A stretch of DNA of 64,000 nucleotides, from positions 22,780 through 86,779 of the forward strand of contig JAGBTY010000050.1 of assembly GCA_017631085.1 (NCBI GenBank). The letters run 5' to 3'. The translations under genes were made by a program, and so were the position numbers. This document shows, in pieces, positions 17,150 through 25,327 of the stretch. Under the pieces are notes generated by a model. That model did no database searches. It worked only from the letters and a program-made list of their open reading frames with translations, and had not been told where the DNA came from. This DNA is from Clostridia bacterium. GTDB lineage: Bacteria > Bacillota > Clostridia > Oscillospirales > CAG-272. The first letter of the stretch is position 1. The number at the start of each line of letters is the position of its first letter.

Positions 17150-19966
17150 TTATTTGTCTTCTTTCTTTTTGCGTATAACTGCCGATGTGACAAGAACTGT
17201 GATAATGCTAACGCCCATACCGCTTACGACCGACGATCCGCAGCCGCGTTTTTCTTCGGTTCTGTTATCTCCGCTATCTGAATTGTCCGCTTCATTGTTG
17301 TTGGAATCATTTTCTGATACTTCAGGTGTTTTTGTCTCGGTGTCGGTAACGCCATCAGTGGCAGTATCAGTATCGGTATCAGTATCGGTATCAGTATCGG
17401 TATCAGTATCGGTATCAGTATCGGTATCAGTATCGGTATCAGTATCGGTATCAGTATCAGTATCAGTATCAGGATTATTATCGGAAATATCGCCCTTTAC
17501 GTGTTCGCAACCGTCGTGCAAGGGAAGATCGACCGTTATCTCCTCGACCAAGCTTGGAGATAGGATACCTTCAGATGTGGCTATTACAGTTGAATTTTTG
17601 AGAGAAAAGGTAAGGGTAAGCTGTTCGTTATCACCGATGGGGAGCTCTCCTTTAAAATAAACCGTCTTTTTTTCGTCCGAGAGGTGCGAAAAGCTCATTG
17701 TAATTTCGCTGTCGCTCTCTTTTACATAAACGGTAGCCTTGGCGTCTTCGAGGGTTGAATATAGTTCGTAAACCTCTTTTGTTAAATTGAGAGCAAGGAT
17801 TATTTCATTGTCACCGCATAAGGAAGCATCCTTCAAAGGAGAAAGGGTTGCAATTGGTTCTTTTTCTTCTTCTTTTGACGGATTTGTCAGCTTTTCGATG
17901 GAATATTCGTCATAAATGAGAGGGCCGGGTTCATAAAGGATCGCGATATTTCCGTCACCTTTATCCGCGAGACAGCTATACCAGAAGGCAGAATCGTTTA
18001 TATCGTAGGAATATTTCCATTCTACGCTGTATCTTCCGTAAGCGGGGGCATCAAACCCCTCGTTTTCTGTTATAAGACCTATTTTCAAAACACCGTTGGT
18101 TCTTGAAGCTGTATCATGTGTTCCTTCGGGGTAGGAAATTGCGATAGCATCCTTTCCGTCGATCTTCGCATTGAGATTTGTGACCGATACCATACAGTCC
18201 TTGCAGTAGAATAGGTCTTTATCATGAACGACGGGACTGAATGTCACACCGCCGTCAATACTGTCCGCGTATCCGATATATCGGGTGTTTGTTCGGGTAT
18301 ACATACGGATCGTTCCGTCGGGAAGCTCAATAAGCTGTGTCTCACTTGCCTGAGTGGGCGAGTCTGTCGTTCCGAATGTGGTCCTCTCACCCATGAGCCA
18401 TGTTTTTCCGCCATCGTCGCTGTAAAGCATTCTCGTGACGAGCTGTCCGCCGCTGTATATCGGGAAAAGGATACGTCCTGCATATTCACCCGTCTTGACT
18501 TGGATTCCAACACCGGGACTCTTGTTGAAATAAGGTTCATTTTTTTCAGCGCGATATTCGCTTCCTACAAGCATGGGGTCTGACCAGGTGAATCCACCGT
18601 CGTCGCTGTAAATAAGCCAGAAGTATGAGGTGCAATAGACTTTGAAAAGGGAAGCGCTGTAAAAGATATTCATTGGAACGTCTTTTTCAAGGTTGGGCTT
18701 TTGCTTTACCGTAAGAGGTGTTCCGTTTTGATAGATATAAAATTCCGAGTTTGTCGTGTATCCAGTATCAGAATTATCTGCTACTTTTTTAATTATGTAT
18801 TTGTCATACGTTTTTGTCGAATTGGGATTTGGACACAGATAATATTCGTAGTCTGCGCTTGGAGCTGTGGGGTCTCCCATGGTAAGAGCGTAATAGGATT
18901 TGTCTCCTACCTTGACCGTGCCGTTTCCTCTTCCGCCTATACCGCCGCCACCGTTTGCGGGCATGACGTCTGTAAGGAGAAAGATTCTTCCGCTATCGAC
19001 CTGAACGATAGAAGCGTCTATAAATGATGCTGAATCGCGATCGGAGTAATCGTGCTCATAATCATTGAAATTACAGGGAACTATGGCATCTGACCAGGTG
19101 TTAGTTTTTTTATCAAGGATTCTGACACCTATCTCAATGTTGTTCGGTGAATCCGCAAGAGTTGAACGAAGGTCGGCTGCTGCTAACATATTGCCATTCT
19201 GAAGAGTTATAAGGCAGGGAATACGGAATGTGGAAATATTAAAATCGTCTCCGTGGCTGAATGGCTGTCCGCATTCAAGATGAGAATTGACAGAGGGTGT
19301 TGCCGAGGTGTATTTTTTTAGCTCCGAGGACGAAAAAGCTTTTCTGTATACTGCAAGCTTTCCGATAGATCCCTCAAAGAGATATTCATTGCTTCCTGCA
19401 GATCTGTCTGTTGCTCCTATAAGAATACTGTTAAGACCGTCGATGTCAGAAAGCTTTTTATATGTTCCTTCGTCGAATTTTTTTGTGTCGATCAGCGAGC
19501 CGTTAAGATAGAGCTTGAACGTATAGTCGTCAGCGTTTGCGGAAAATGCAAGAGTATTTATTCCGTAAGGATTTGCAGAATAAGAACTTACGGACAAGCT
19601 GCTGTCCGCGCCCATTCTGAATTCGTATCCGACTCTTTCTCCGTCTACATATACGTGAAAATGATGAGCAGGAGCGGAGCTGTTGCTTATTCCCAAAAGA
19701 GAGGAAGCAATTCCGTCGGTCTGCATAAACTGGCACATAACGGTAAAAGATTCTGCTTCTTTCATTTCGTCAAGATGCTCCGTAAAATCCAAAACGTCAA
19801 GTCCATTCTTCCTGAATTTTTTTATTCCGTCTGTTGCAAAAACGAGAGAATCCTCGTGAGCCGTGCCTATATCCCCAGAGTTTTTTGTTTGTGCCGAAGC
19901 GGAAAATGCCAAGGTATTTATAAGTATAAAGGCAAGAACGAATACAGATATCAATCTTCTTTTCAT
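17150..19966 (-). CDS. Cell-surface exo-alpha-sialidase (GH33) with an N-terminal lectin-like (CBM40/LamG-like) domain, a DT-repeat stalk and a C-terminal sorting-signal-like tail
   Basis: I prefer the ATG at 19966 (GGGAGG upstream). Signal peptide, FRIP motif (STFRIPCLITL), and Asp-boxes SDDGGFTWS, SDDGGKTWL and SIDGGVTFS. The N-terminal domain (LLGISNS..HFHVYVDGERVGYEFR) resembles sialidase lectin domains. A (DT)18 run is followed by GCGSSVVSGMGVSIITVLVTSAVIRKKKEDK. Confidence 0.9.
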   Translation of the reverse strand: MKRRLISVFVLAFILINTLAFSASAQTKNSGDIGTAHEDSLVFATDGIKKFRKNGLDVLDFTEHLDEMKEAESFTVMCQFMQTDGIASSLLGISNSSAPAHHFHVYVDGERVGYEFRMGADSSLSVSSYSANPYGINTLAFSANADDYTFKLYLNGSLIDTKKFDEGTYKKLSDIDGLNSILIGATDRSAGSNEYLFEGSIGKLAVYRKAFSSSELKKYTSATPSVNSHLECGQPFSHGDDFNISTFRIPCLITLQNGNMLAAADLRSTLADSPNNIEIGVRILDKKTNTWSDAIVPCNFNDYEHDYSDRDSASFIDASIVQVDSGRIFLLTDVMPANGGGGIGGRGNGTVKVGDKSYYALTMGDPTAPSADYEYYLCPNPNSTKTYDKYIIKKVADNSDTGYTTNSEFYIYQNGTPLTVKQKPNLEKDVPMNIFYSASLFKVYCTSYFWLIYSDDGGFTWSDPMLVGSEYRAEKNEPYFNKSPGVGIQVKTGEYAGRILFPIYSGGQLVTRMLYSDDGGKTWLMGERTTFGTTDSPTQASETQLIELPDGTIRMYTRTNTRYIGYADSIDGGVTFSPVVHDKDLFYCKDCMVSVTNLNAKIDGKDAIAISYPEGTHDTASRTNGVLKIGLITENEGFDAPAYGRYSVEWKYSYDINDSAFWYSCLADKGDGNIAILYEPGPLIYDEYSIEKLTNPSKEEEKEPIATLSPLKDASLCGDNEIILALNLTKEVYELYSTLEDAKATVYVKESDSEITMSFSHLSDEKKTVYFKGELPIGDNEQLTLTFSLKNSTVIATSEGILSPSLVEEITVDLPLHDGCEHVKGDISDNNPDTDTDTDTDTDTDTDTDTDTDTDTDTDTDTDTDTDTATDGVTDTETKTPEVSENDSNNNEADNSDSGDNRTEEKRGCGSSVVSGMGVSIITVLVTSAVIRKKKEDK
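17154..17246. repeat. Copy B of the 93-nt direct repeat (3' end of the sialidase gene)
   Basis: 91/93 identity to 15958-16050. The flanking sequence is unrelated. Confidence 0.9.
17364..17471. repeat. Hexanucleotide/dodecanucleotide microsatellite (GTATCA/GTATCG)n encoding (Asp-Thr)18
   Basis: 18 consecutive 6-nt units. The first ~15 alternate GTATCA/GTATCG (12-nt period) and the last ones are pure GTATCA. In frame within the sialidase gene. Confidence 0.95.
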
Positions 19967-20157
19967 AAATCCTCCCAAAACATATGAATTTTATAACAAG
20001 TCTACAATTTTATTTTAACATATAGGAACAATATTTTCAATACATCAAAGCAAAATTTGTGCATAATCACGAAAAAATTAAAAGAATAATTAAAAAATAT
20101 AGATCGAAAATAATGTCGCAGAAAAGGTGGATCTGGGAAATATTTAGATAAAAATAA

Positions 20158-20186
20158 TTGACAACGTAATAAGCTTATGATATAAT
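20158..20186 (+). promoter_or_regulatory. Sigma-A type promoter of the 20225-22336 operon
   Basis: TTGACA (20158-20163), 17-nt spacer, TATAAT (20181-20186). Confidence 0.55.
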
Positions 20187-20224
20187 AATTTTAATAAAAT
20201 AATTTAGATTTAAGAGGTAAGATA

Positions 20225-20875
20225 ATGGAACAAAAAAAGCAAAATCTGACTATGATCGTTATAATGGCTGTGTTGGCGGTTGTCGGAATAGTTCTTTTCG
20301 TTTTTGGATGCGTATTTGACGGAAGTCTTTTTGTAAAGATATCGGCGATAATAACCGCTGTTATTTGTCTTGCTTTGGCGGGGGAGCTTGCATACGTTAC
20401 CTTTTTTGCGGGAGACATGAATTCAAATTATTTTTTGTATGATGCTAAAACAAAAAAGAACGTTTCTCTCCAAAAGCTAACATTTCAAACGGTAAACGCG
20501 AGAATGAACAGATATATTTCGTACTATGCGTCCTCCGAGGGAAAGCTTTGGACAGAGGGTGTACTTGAGTCGCCCGAGCTTGATATGGGTGAGGAGTTTA
20601 AGCCTTTGGTCGCATATAAGCTTTTGTATGATCTTGCCGAGGCAAACTCTGAAAACGCATGGAAGTGCTTTGAGGTTTGCGGGGAAGGAACGGTTGAGTG
20701 TATCTGCTCGTGGATAGCATCGGCAGGAGATGCAGAAATGGCTGATAATATCATAAAAATGAAGCAGCTTCGCCCTTATAACGGAGCATACATAAAGGAC
20801 TATCTTGTAAGAAACCGTAAATATCTTCAGAGCAGAATGTTTAAGTACGTATACGAAAACATTGATAAATTTTAA
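20225..20875 (+). CDS. Hypothetical membrane protein (two N-terminal TM helices plus a soluble Cys-containing domain)
   Basis: 216 aa with an AGAGG RBS. TM helices MIVIMAVLAVVGIVLFVFGCVF and ISAIITAVICLALAGELAYVTFF. I recognise no motif in the C-terminal domain (KCFEVCGEGTVECICSW). Confidence 0.6.
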   Translation: MEQKKQNLTMIVIMAVLAVVGIVLFVFGCVFDGSLFVKISAIITAVICLALAGELAYVTFFAGDMNSNYFLYDAKTKKNVSLQKLTFQTVNARMNRYISYYASSEGKLWTEGVLESPELDMGEEFKPLVAYKLLYDLAEANSENAWKCFEVCGEGTVECICSWIASAGDAEMADNIIKMKQLRPYNGAYIKDYLVRNRKYLQSRMFKYVYENIDKF

Positions 20876-20906
20876 AATATTTTTGGCAAAATATTGAGGT
20901 ATTGGT

Positions 20907-21614
20907 GTGTTTACTGTCAAAATGGCGGATATCGTTATCCGTATTGAAAATAAATACGACTACATTTTCGGACTCTGCTCGAAATTTATCATAAAGGATA
21001 CCGAAAAGGCAGATATGACGGTCAGTGCAGATATTTCCGAGCTTCAGGAAGAGATAGATGGGGCAGAGCATCCTATAAGCGAAGCGTATGCTGAAGCATT
21101 GGTGGTATACCGTAAGATATGCGTAAGACTTCCGATAGAATATGACGGCTTTCTTTTCCACAGCGCTCTTATAGAGTACGAGGGAAGAGGGTATGCTTTT
21201 GCGGCAAAGAGCGGCACGGGAAAATCAACCCATATATCGCTGTGGCAAAAGAAATTTGGCGAGTCGGTCAGAGTTATAAACGGAGACAAGCCCATATTCC
21301 GTGCAGTAGGAGAGGAGATAATGGCTTACGGAACACCATGGTGCGGTAAAGAAAATCTTTCCGAAAATGCCTCTGTTCCCCTTAAAGCAATTTGCTTTAT
21401 CGTGCGTTCAAAAATCAATTCGATACGCAAAATTGAAGCGAAGGACGCAATAATACCCATGTTTTCGCAGATATTACGCCCTACCGATATTGAAACCACC
21501 GACGCGCTGTTTGCTTTGCTGGAAAAAACACTGAACAAGGTAGAGTGTTACGTTCTCGAATGTAACATATCCGAAGAAGCGGCAGAGGTCGCATATAACG
21601 GAATGAAAGAGTGA
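20907..21614 (+). CDS. HPr-kinase-C-terminal-domain-like P-loop protein (putative peptide/protein Ser kinase)
   Basis: GTG start 7 nt after GAGG. The Walker-A-like AAKSGTGKSTH resembles the HprK GxSGxGKSE loop, followed by INGDKP...GTPWCG. Size and layout match the HprK-like proteins found beside PqqD genes. Confidence 0.6.
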   Translation: MFTVKMADIVIRIENKYDYIFGLCSKFIIKDTEKADMTVSADISELQEEIDGAEHPISEAYAEALVVYRKICVRLPIEYDGFLFHSALIEYEGRGYAFAAKSGTGKSTHISLWQKKFGESVRVINGDKPIFRAVGEEIMAYGTPWCGKENLSENASVPLKAICFIVRSKINSIRKIEAKDAIIPMFSQILRPTDIETTDALFALLEKTLNKVECYVLECNISEEAAEVAYNGMKE

Positions 21615-21621
21615 GGAAAAT

Positions 21622-21885
21622 ATGAAAATAAAAGAAGGATTTGTTATAAGAGAGGTCGCAGGTCAGAGTGTCGTTATCGCGCTTGGAGCAGCGGCTAAAA
21701 GCTATAACGGTATGATAAGACTTAACGATACTGCAAAGCTTATCTGGCAATGTCTTGAAAAGGGACAGGATAAGGATGCTATCGTTGATGCTATCCTTTC
21801 CGAATACGACGTTGACAGAGAACTTGCAGAAAATGATTTCGACAAGTTTATAAATGCTTTGATAGGAGCTAATATAATTGAGTAA
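21622..21885 (+). CDS. PqqD-family protein (RiPP recognition element-type peptide chaperone)
   Basis: 87 aa. KEGFVIREVAGQSVVI......MIRLNDTAKLIWQCLEKGQDKDAIVDAILSEYDVDRELAENDFDKFINALIGANIIE is the canonical PqqD pattern: a beta strand, then LN.ta..iW.l..g, then the helical D...F...L tail. Confidence 0.8.
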   Translation: MKIKEGFVIREVAGQSVVIALGAAAKSYNGMIRLNDTAKLIWQCLEKGQDKDAIVDAILSEYDVDRELAENDFDKFINALIGANIIE

Positions 21886-22336
21886 TTCGGAATTCAGCTA
21901 TGCTGATATTATAGACGTGATAAGAGAGGTTCTTGACAGTGACGGAGAGATAAAGATACAGCCTCACGGTACGAGCATGCTTCCTCTCATTGTTCAGGGA
22001 AGAGACAGCGTAGTTTTGAGAAAACCTAAAAAAATAAAAAAACACGATATTATTTTTTACCGTCGTGATAACGGACAGTTCGTTCTTCATAGAGTAATGA
22101 AAAAAAGCTCGGACGGAACATTTGTGTTGCTTGGTGACAGTCAGACCGAGTTTGAATATGATATAAAAGAAGAACAGATAATTGCATACGTATGCCGTAT
22201 TGAGCGAAAAGGCAAGGTCTTGAAGATCACTTCCTTGTCATATCGCTTTTACGTTTTTTTATGGACGAAAATGCCGATCCGCAGGGTGCTTTGCTTTGTG
22301 GGGAGAAAAGTCGCTTTTTTGCGAAAAAAAGTTTAA
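21878..22336 (+). CDS. S24/S26-family serine peptidase (signal-peptidase/LexA fold; SipW-like Ser motif and HRV motif)
   Basis: The TTG start overlaps the PqqD stop by 8 nt (GGAG 9 nt upstream). GTSMLPLI nucleophile motif, HDIIFY...FVLHRVMKK second box, and a C-terminal hydrophobic segment YRFYVFLWTKMPIRRVLCFVG. No N-terminal TM helix. Confidence 0.65.
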   Translation: MSNSEFSYADIIDVIREVLDSDGEIKIQPHGTSMLPLIVQGRDSVVLRKPKKIKKHDIIFYRRDNGQFVLHRVMKKSSDGTFVLLGDSQTEFEYDIKEEQIIAYVCRIERKGKVLKITSLSYRFYVFLWTKMPIRRVLCFVGRKVAFLRKKV

Positions 22337-22352
22337 AATTCTTTAAAACGTA

Positions 22353-22381
22353 TTGACTGTAGGTGGAATTTATGGTATAAT
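22353..22381 (+). promoter_or_regulatory. Sigma-A type promoter of the pyr operon
   Basis: TTGACT (22353-22358), 17-nt spacer, TATAAT (22376-22381). Confidence 0.55.
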
Positions 22382-22436
22382 CATAAAGATAAATATGTAT
22401 CATTTATAATCAAATAAAGTTCTCGGAGGTACTGTC

Positions 22437-23675
22437 ATGAAAATGGTTTTTAAAAATTCAAAAATGTTTCAAAACGGTACATTTGTTTCCACTGATGCTT
22501 TTTTCGACGGGAAAGTGTTTTCTTTGGGATATCCTTCTTCTTCGGAGGACGAATATACCGTATACGATAATTGTTTTATAATGCCTGGTTTTTGCGATGT
22601 GCACGTGCATTTTCGTGAGCCGGGTTTTTCTTATAAAGAGGATATTGAGAGTGGCTCAAAGGCTGCTGCAAGGGGAGGATATACCTGTGTTTGCACTATG
22701 CCAAATCTGAATCCTACCCCCGATTCAAGAGAAAATCTTGATATTCAGCTGAATGCTATAAAGGAAAAAGCAAAAATAAAGGTCGTTCCATTTGGTACAA
22801 TAACCAAGCTTGAAGCGGGACTTGAGCTTTCGGATATGGAGGATATCGCCTGCGACGTCGTTGGATTTTCCGATGACGGCAGAGGAGTTCAAAGCGAGGA
22901 TATGATGCTTCTTGCAATGAAAAACTCGGCGTCCCTTGGAAAGATAATTTCCGCTCATTGCGAGGACAACTCTCTTTTGAGAGGCGGCTACATTCACGAC
23001 GGTGAGTACGCCCGTATTCACGGACACCGCGGAATATGCTCGGAAAGTGAATGGGGACCGATAAAAAGAGATATAGAGCTCGTCAAAAAGACGGGGTGTT
23101 CTTATCACGTCTGCCATATATCCACCAAGGAAAGCGTTGAGCTTATACGCAAAGCCAAAGCCGAAGGAGTTGATATAAGCTGTGAGACAGGACCTCATTA
23201 TCTTGTTATGAATGACATGATGCTTGGTGAAGAGGGAAGATTTAAAATGAATCCCCCCATACGCTCCGAAGAGGATAGATGCGCGCTCGTTGAGGGAATA
23301 CTCGACGGAACGATTGAGATGATAGCTACCGACCATGCTCCTCACTCTGCGGAAGAAAAATCCAAAGGACTCGAGAAGAGCCTTATGGGAGTAGTAGGAC
23401 TTGAGACCGCTTTCCCGATACTTTATACCGAGCTTGTTATGAAGGGGATAATTTCTCTCGAGAAGCTCGTTGAGCTTCTGTCCTTAAATCCAAGAAAGAG
23501 ATTTGGGCTGGAGGGAGATGCGGGAATTACGGTGTTTGAATGTAATACGCCCTACGAGATAAACTCGGACGAGTTTGTCTCAAAGGGAAAGAGCTCTCCA
23601 TTTTTGGGAAGAAGAGTGTATGGCAGAAATCTTATGACCTTATATGATTCAAAAATTGCTTATATTGCCGAATAA
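22437..23675 (+). CDS. pyrC: Dihydroorotase
   Basis: PGFCDVHVHFREPG, MPN..P, ISAHCED, HVCHIST and ATDHAPH motifs. Confidence 0.93.
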   Translation: MKMVFKNSKMFQNGTFVSTDAFFDGKVFSLGYPSSSEDEYTVYDNCFIMPGFCDVHVHFREPGFSYKEDIESGSKAAARGGYTCVCTMPNLNPTPDSRENLDIQLNAIKEKAKIKVVPFGTITKLEAGLELSDMEDIACDVVGFSDDGRGVQSEDMMLLAMKNSASLGKIISAHCEDNSLLRGGYIHDGEYARIHGHRGICSESEWGPIKRDIELVKKTGCSYHVCHISTKESVELIRKAKAEGVDISCETGPHYLVMNDMMLGEEGRFKMNPPIRSEEDRCALVEGILDGTIEMIATDHAPHSAEEKSKGLEKSLMGVVGLETAFPILYTELVMKGIISLEKLVELLSLNPRKRFGLEGDAGITVFECNTPYEINSDEFVSKGKSSPFLGRRVYGRNLMTLYDSKIAYIAE

Positions 23676-23687
23676 ACGGAGGAAATA

Positions 23688-24434
23688 ATGAAAGACGTAC
23701 TTTTTGAGATCAGTGAAAATATACCGCTTACGTCAAGCGTATATAAAATGACGTTGCTTGGTGATACGGACGATATAACCGCTTCGGGACAGTTCGTAAA
23801 TATCAAGCTTGAAGGACAGTATCTTCGCCGTCCTATTTCGGTCTGCGACTATGAAAAGGGAAAGCTGACACTTATTTATAAGGTGGTTGGTGTGGGAACC
23901 GAAAAAATGAGCAAAATGACGGCAGGGGACAAGCTTTACGTTCTTACGGGACTTGGAAACGGTTATGACCTTTCTCTTTCGGGTGACGCTCCGCTGCTCG
24001 TTGGCGGAGGAGTAGGTATTCCACCTCTGTATAATCTCTGCAAAAAGCTCACCTGTGAGGGCAAAAAGGTTTCTGTAATTCTCGGAGTAAATACAAAAGA
24101 CGAGTTGTTTTACGAGGACGAGTTTAAAGCGCTTGGCGCAGACGTTTACGTAACTACAGTAGACGGAACGTATGGAATAAAAGGCTTTGTGACCGATGCT
24201 CTCAAAACCATCCACAAAATAAGCTATACATATTCTTGCGGACCTTTTCCAATGCTCAGAGCTTTGGCTAAGGCGACAGAGTGTAGCGGACAGTACAGTC
24301 TTGAGGAAAGAATGGGCTGCGGATTTGGAGCATGTATGGGTTGCTCATGCAAGACAATGCTCGGAAATAAGAGAGTATGCAAGGACGGTCCCGTTTTCGT
24401 AAAGGAGGAGATAATATGGCAGACACAAGAGTAA
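23688..24434 (+). CDS. pyrK: Dihydroorotate dehydrogenase B electron-transfer (FAD/2Fe-2S) subunit
   Basis: RRPISV flavin motif, GGGVGIPP NAD(P) motif, and the C-terminal cluster CGFGACMGCSC...C.DGP. Confidence 0.9.
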   Translation: MKDVLFEISENIPLTSSVYKMTLLGDTDDITASGQFVNIKLEGQYLRRPISVCDYEKGKLTLIYKVVGVGTEKMSKMTAGDKLYVLTGLGNGYDLSLSGDAPLLVGGGVGIPPLYNLCKKLTCEGKKVSVILGVNTKDELFYEDEFKALGADVYVTTVDGTYGIKGFVTDALKTIHKISYTYSCGPFPMLRALAKATECSGQYSLEERMGCGFGACMGCSCKTMLGNKRVCKDGPVFVKEEIIWQTQE

Positions 24435-25327
24435 ATCTTTGCGGAATAGAGATTGATAATCCATTGATACCCGCAAGCGGTACGTTTGGATATGGAAAGG
24501 AATTTGCCGAGCTTTACGATATAAATTGCCTTGGAAGCTTTTCTTTTAAGGGAACGACGTTGAATTCAAGATTCGGGAACCCAACTCCGAGAATAGCAGA
24601 GTGCCCGTCCGGTATGATAAACGCAGTGGGACTTCAAAACCCCGGTGTGCAGGCTGTAGTAGAGCATGAGCTTCCCGAACTTGCAAAGTTTTTCCATAAG
24701 CCCGTAATGGCAAACATATGCGGATTTTCAATCGAAGAGTACACCGAGGTGGCAAGAATACTTGACGCTGAGGAGCAGGTAGGTTGGCTTGAGGTCAACG
24801 TGTCTTGTCCTAACGTCCACGGCGGTGGAATGAGCTTTGGAGTTACCTGCGACGGAGCAGCGTCGGTGGTTCGCTCTGTTCGAGCAGCAACCAAAAAGCC
24901 TCTGATAATAAAGCTCAGTCCTAACGTTACCGACATCGTGTCCATAGCAAAGTCTTGTGAGGACGCGGGTGCAGACGGAATCAGTATGATAAATACCATG
25001 CTTGGTATGCGAATAGACCTCAGGACCAAAAAGCCTGTGATTGCAAACAAAATGGGGGGATTTTCAGGTCCTGCAATAAAGCCTGTGGCTCTCAGAATGG
25101 TTTATCAGGTTTATGAAGCCGTTAAAATACCGATAGTTGGAATGGGCGGACTTTCCTCTGCGGAAGATGTAATAGAAATGATGCTTGCAGGTGCTACGGC
25201 GGTCGAGATCGGAAGCGCAAACCTTGTCGATCCCTTTATCTGCCGTGATATAGTCGAGGCGTTACCTGAGGTAATGGAAAAATATAATATTAAAAATTTA
25301 AAGGATATAATAGGAGGAGCACACTAA
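24416..25327 (+). CDS. pyrD: Dihydroorotate dehydrogenase B catalytic subunit
   Basis: I prefer the ATG at 24416 (AAGGAGG upstream). [23 protein letters not shown] (catalytic Cys), [10 protein letters not shown] and GMGG motifs. Confidence 0.93.
   Translation: MADTRVNLCGIEIDNPLIPASGTFGYGKEFAELYDINCLGSFSFKGTTLNSRFGNPTPRIAECPSGMINAVGLQNPGVQAVVEHELPELAKFFHKPVMANICGFSIEEYTEVARILDAEEQVGWLEVNVSCPNVHGGGMSFGVTCDGAASVVRSVRAATKKPLIIKLSPNVTDIVSIAKSCEDAGADGISMINTMLGMRIDLRTKKPVIANKMGGFSGPAIKPVALRMVYQVYEAVKIPIVGMGGLSSAEDVIEMMLAGATAVEIGSANLVDPFICRDIVEALPEVMEKYNIKNLKDIIGGAH

Noticed and set aside
17133-17660. A + strand ORF containing (SV)n, and the possibility that the regular 12-nt repeat tract is a CRISPR-like or other non-coding array.
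   Set aside because: The tract is the antisense reading of the in-frame (DT)18 stalk of the sialidase. The period is 6/12 nt with no spacers, so it is a coding microsatellite, not CRISPR.
20114-20152. A 12-codon mini-ORF (MSQKRWIWEIFR) upstream of the PqqD cassette, considered as a possible precursor peptide.
   Set aside because: It lies upstream of the operon's -35 box, has no RBS, and is too short to hold a leader plus a core. I found no other small ORF with an RBS between 19979-20224 or 22337-22436.
22382-22436. Regulatory RNA leaders: a PyrR attenuator before pyrC, a T-box before the his operon, and a purine riboswitch before guaB.
   Set aside because: The distances from promoter to start codon are only about 30-55 nt (1154-1203, 22382-22436, 30555-30583). 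That is too short for any of these elements, and no conserved cores were seen.
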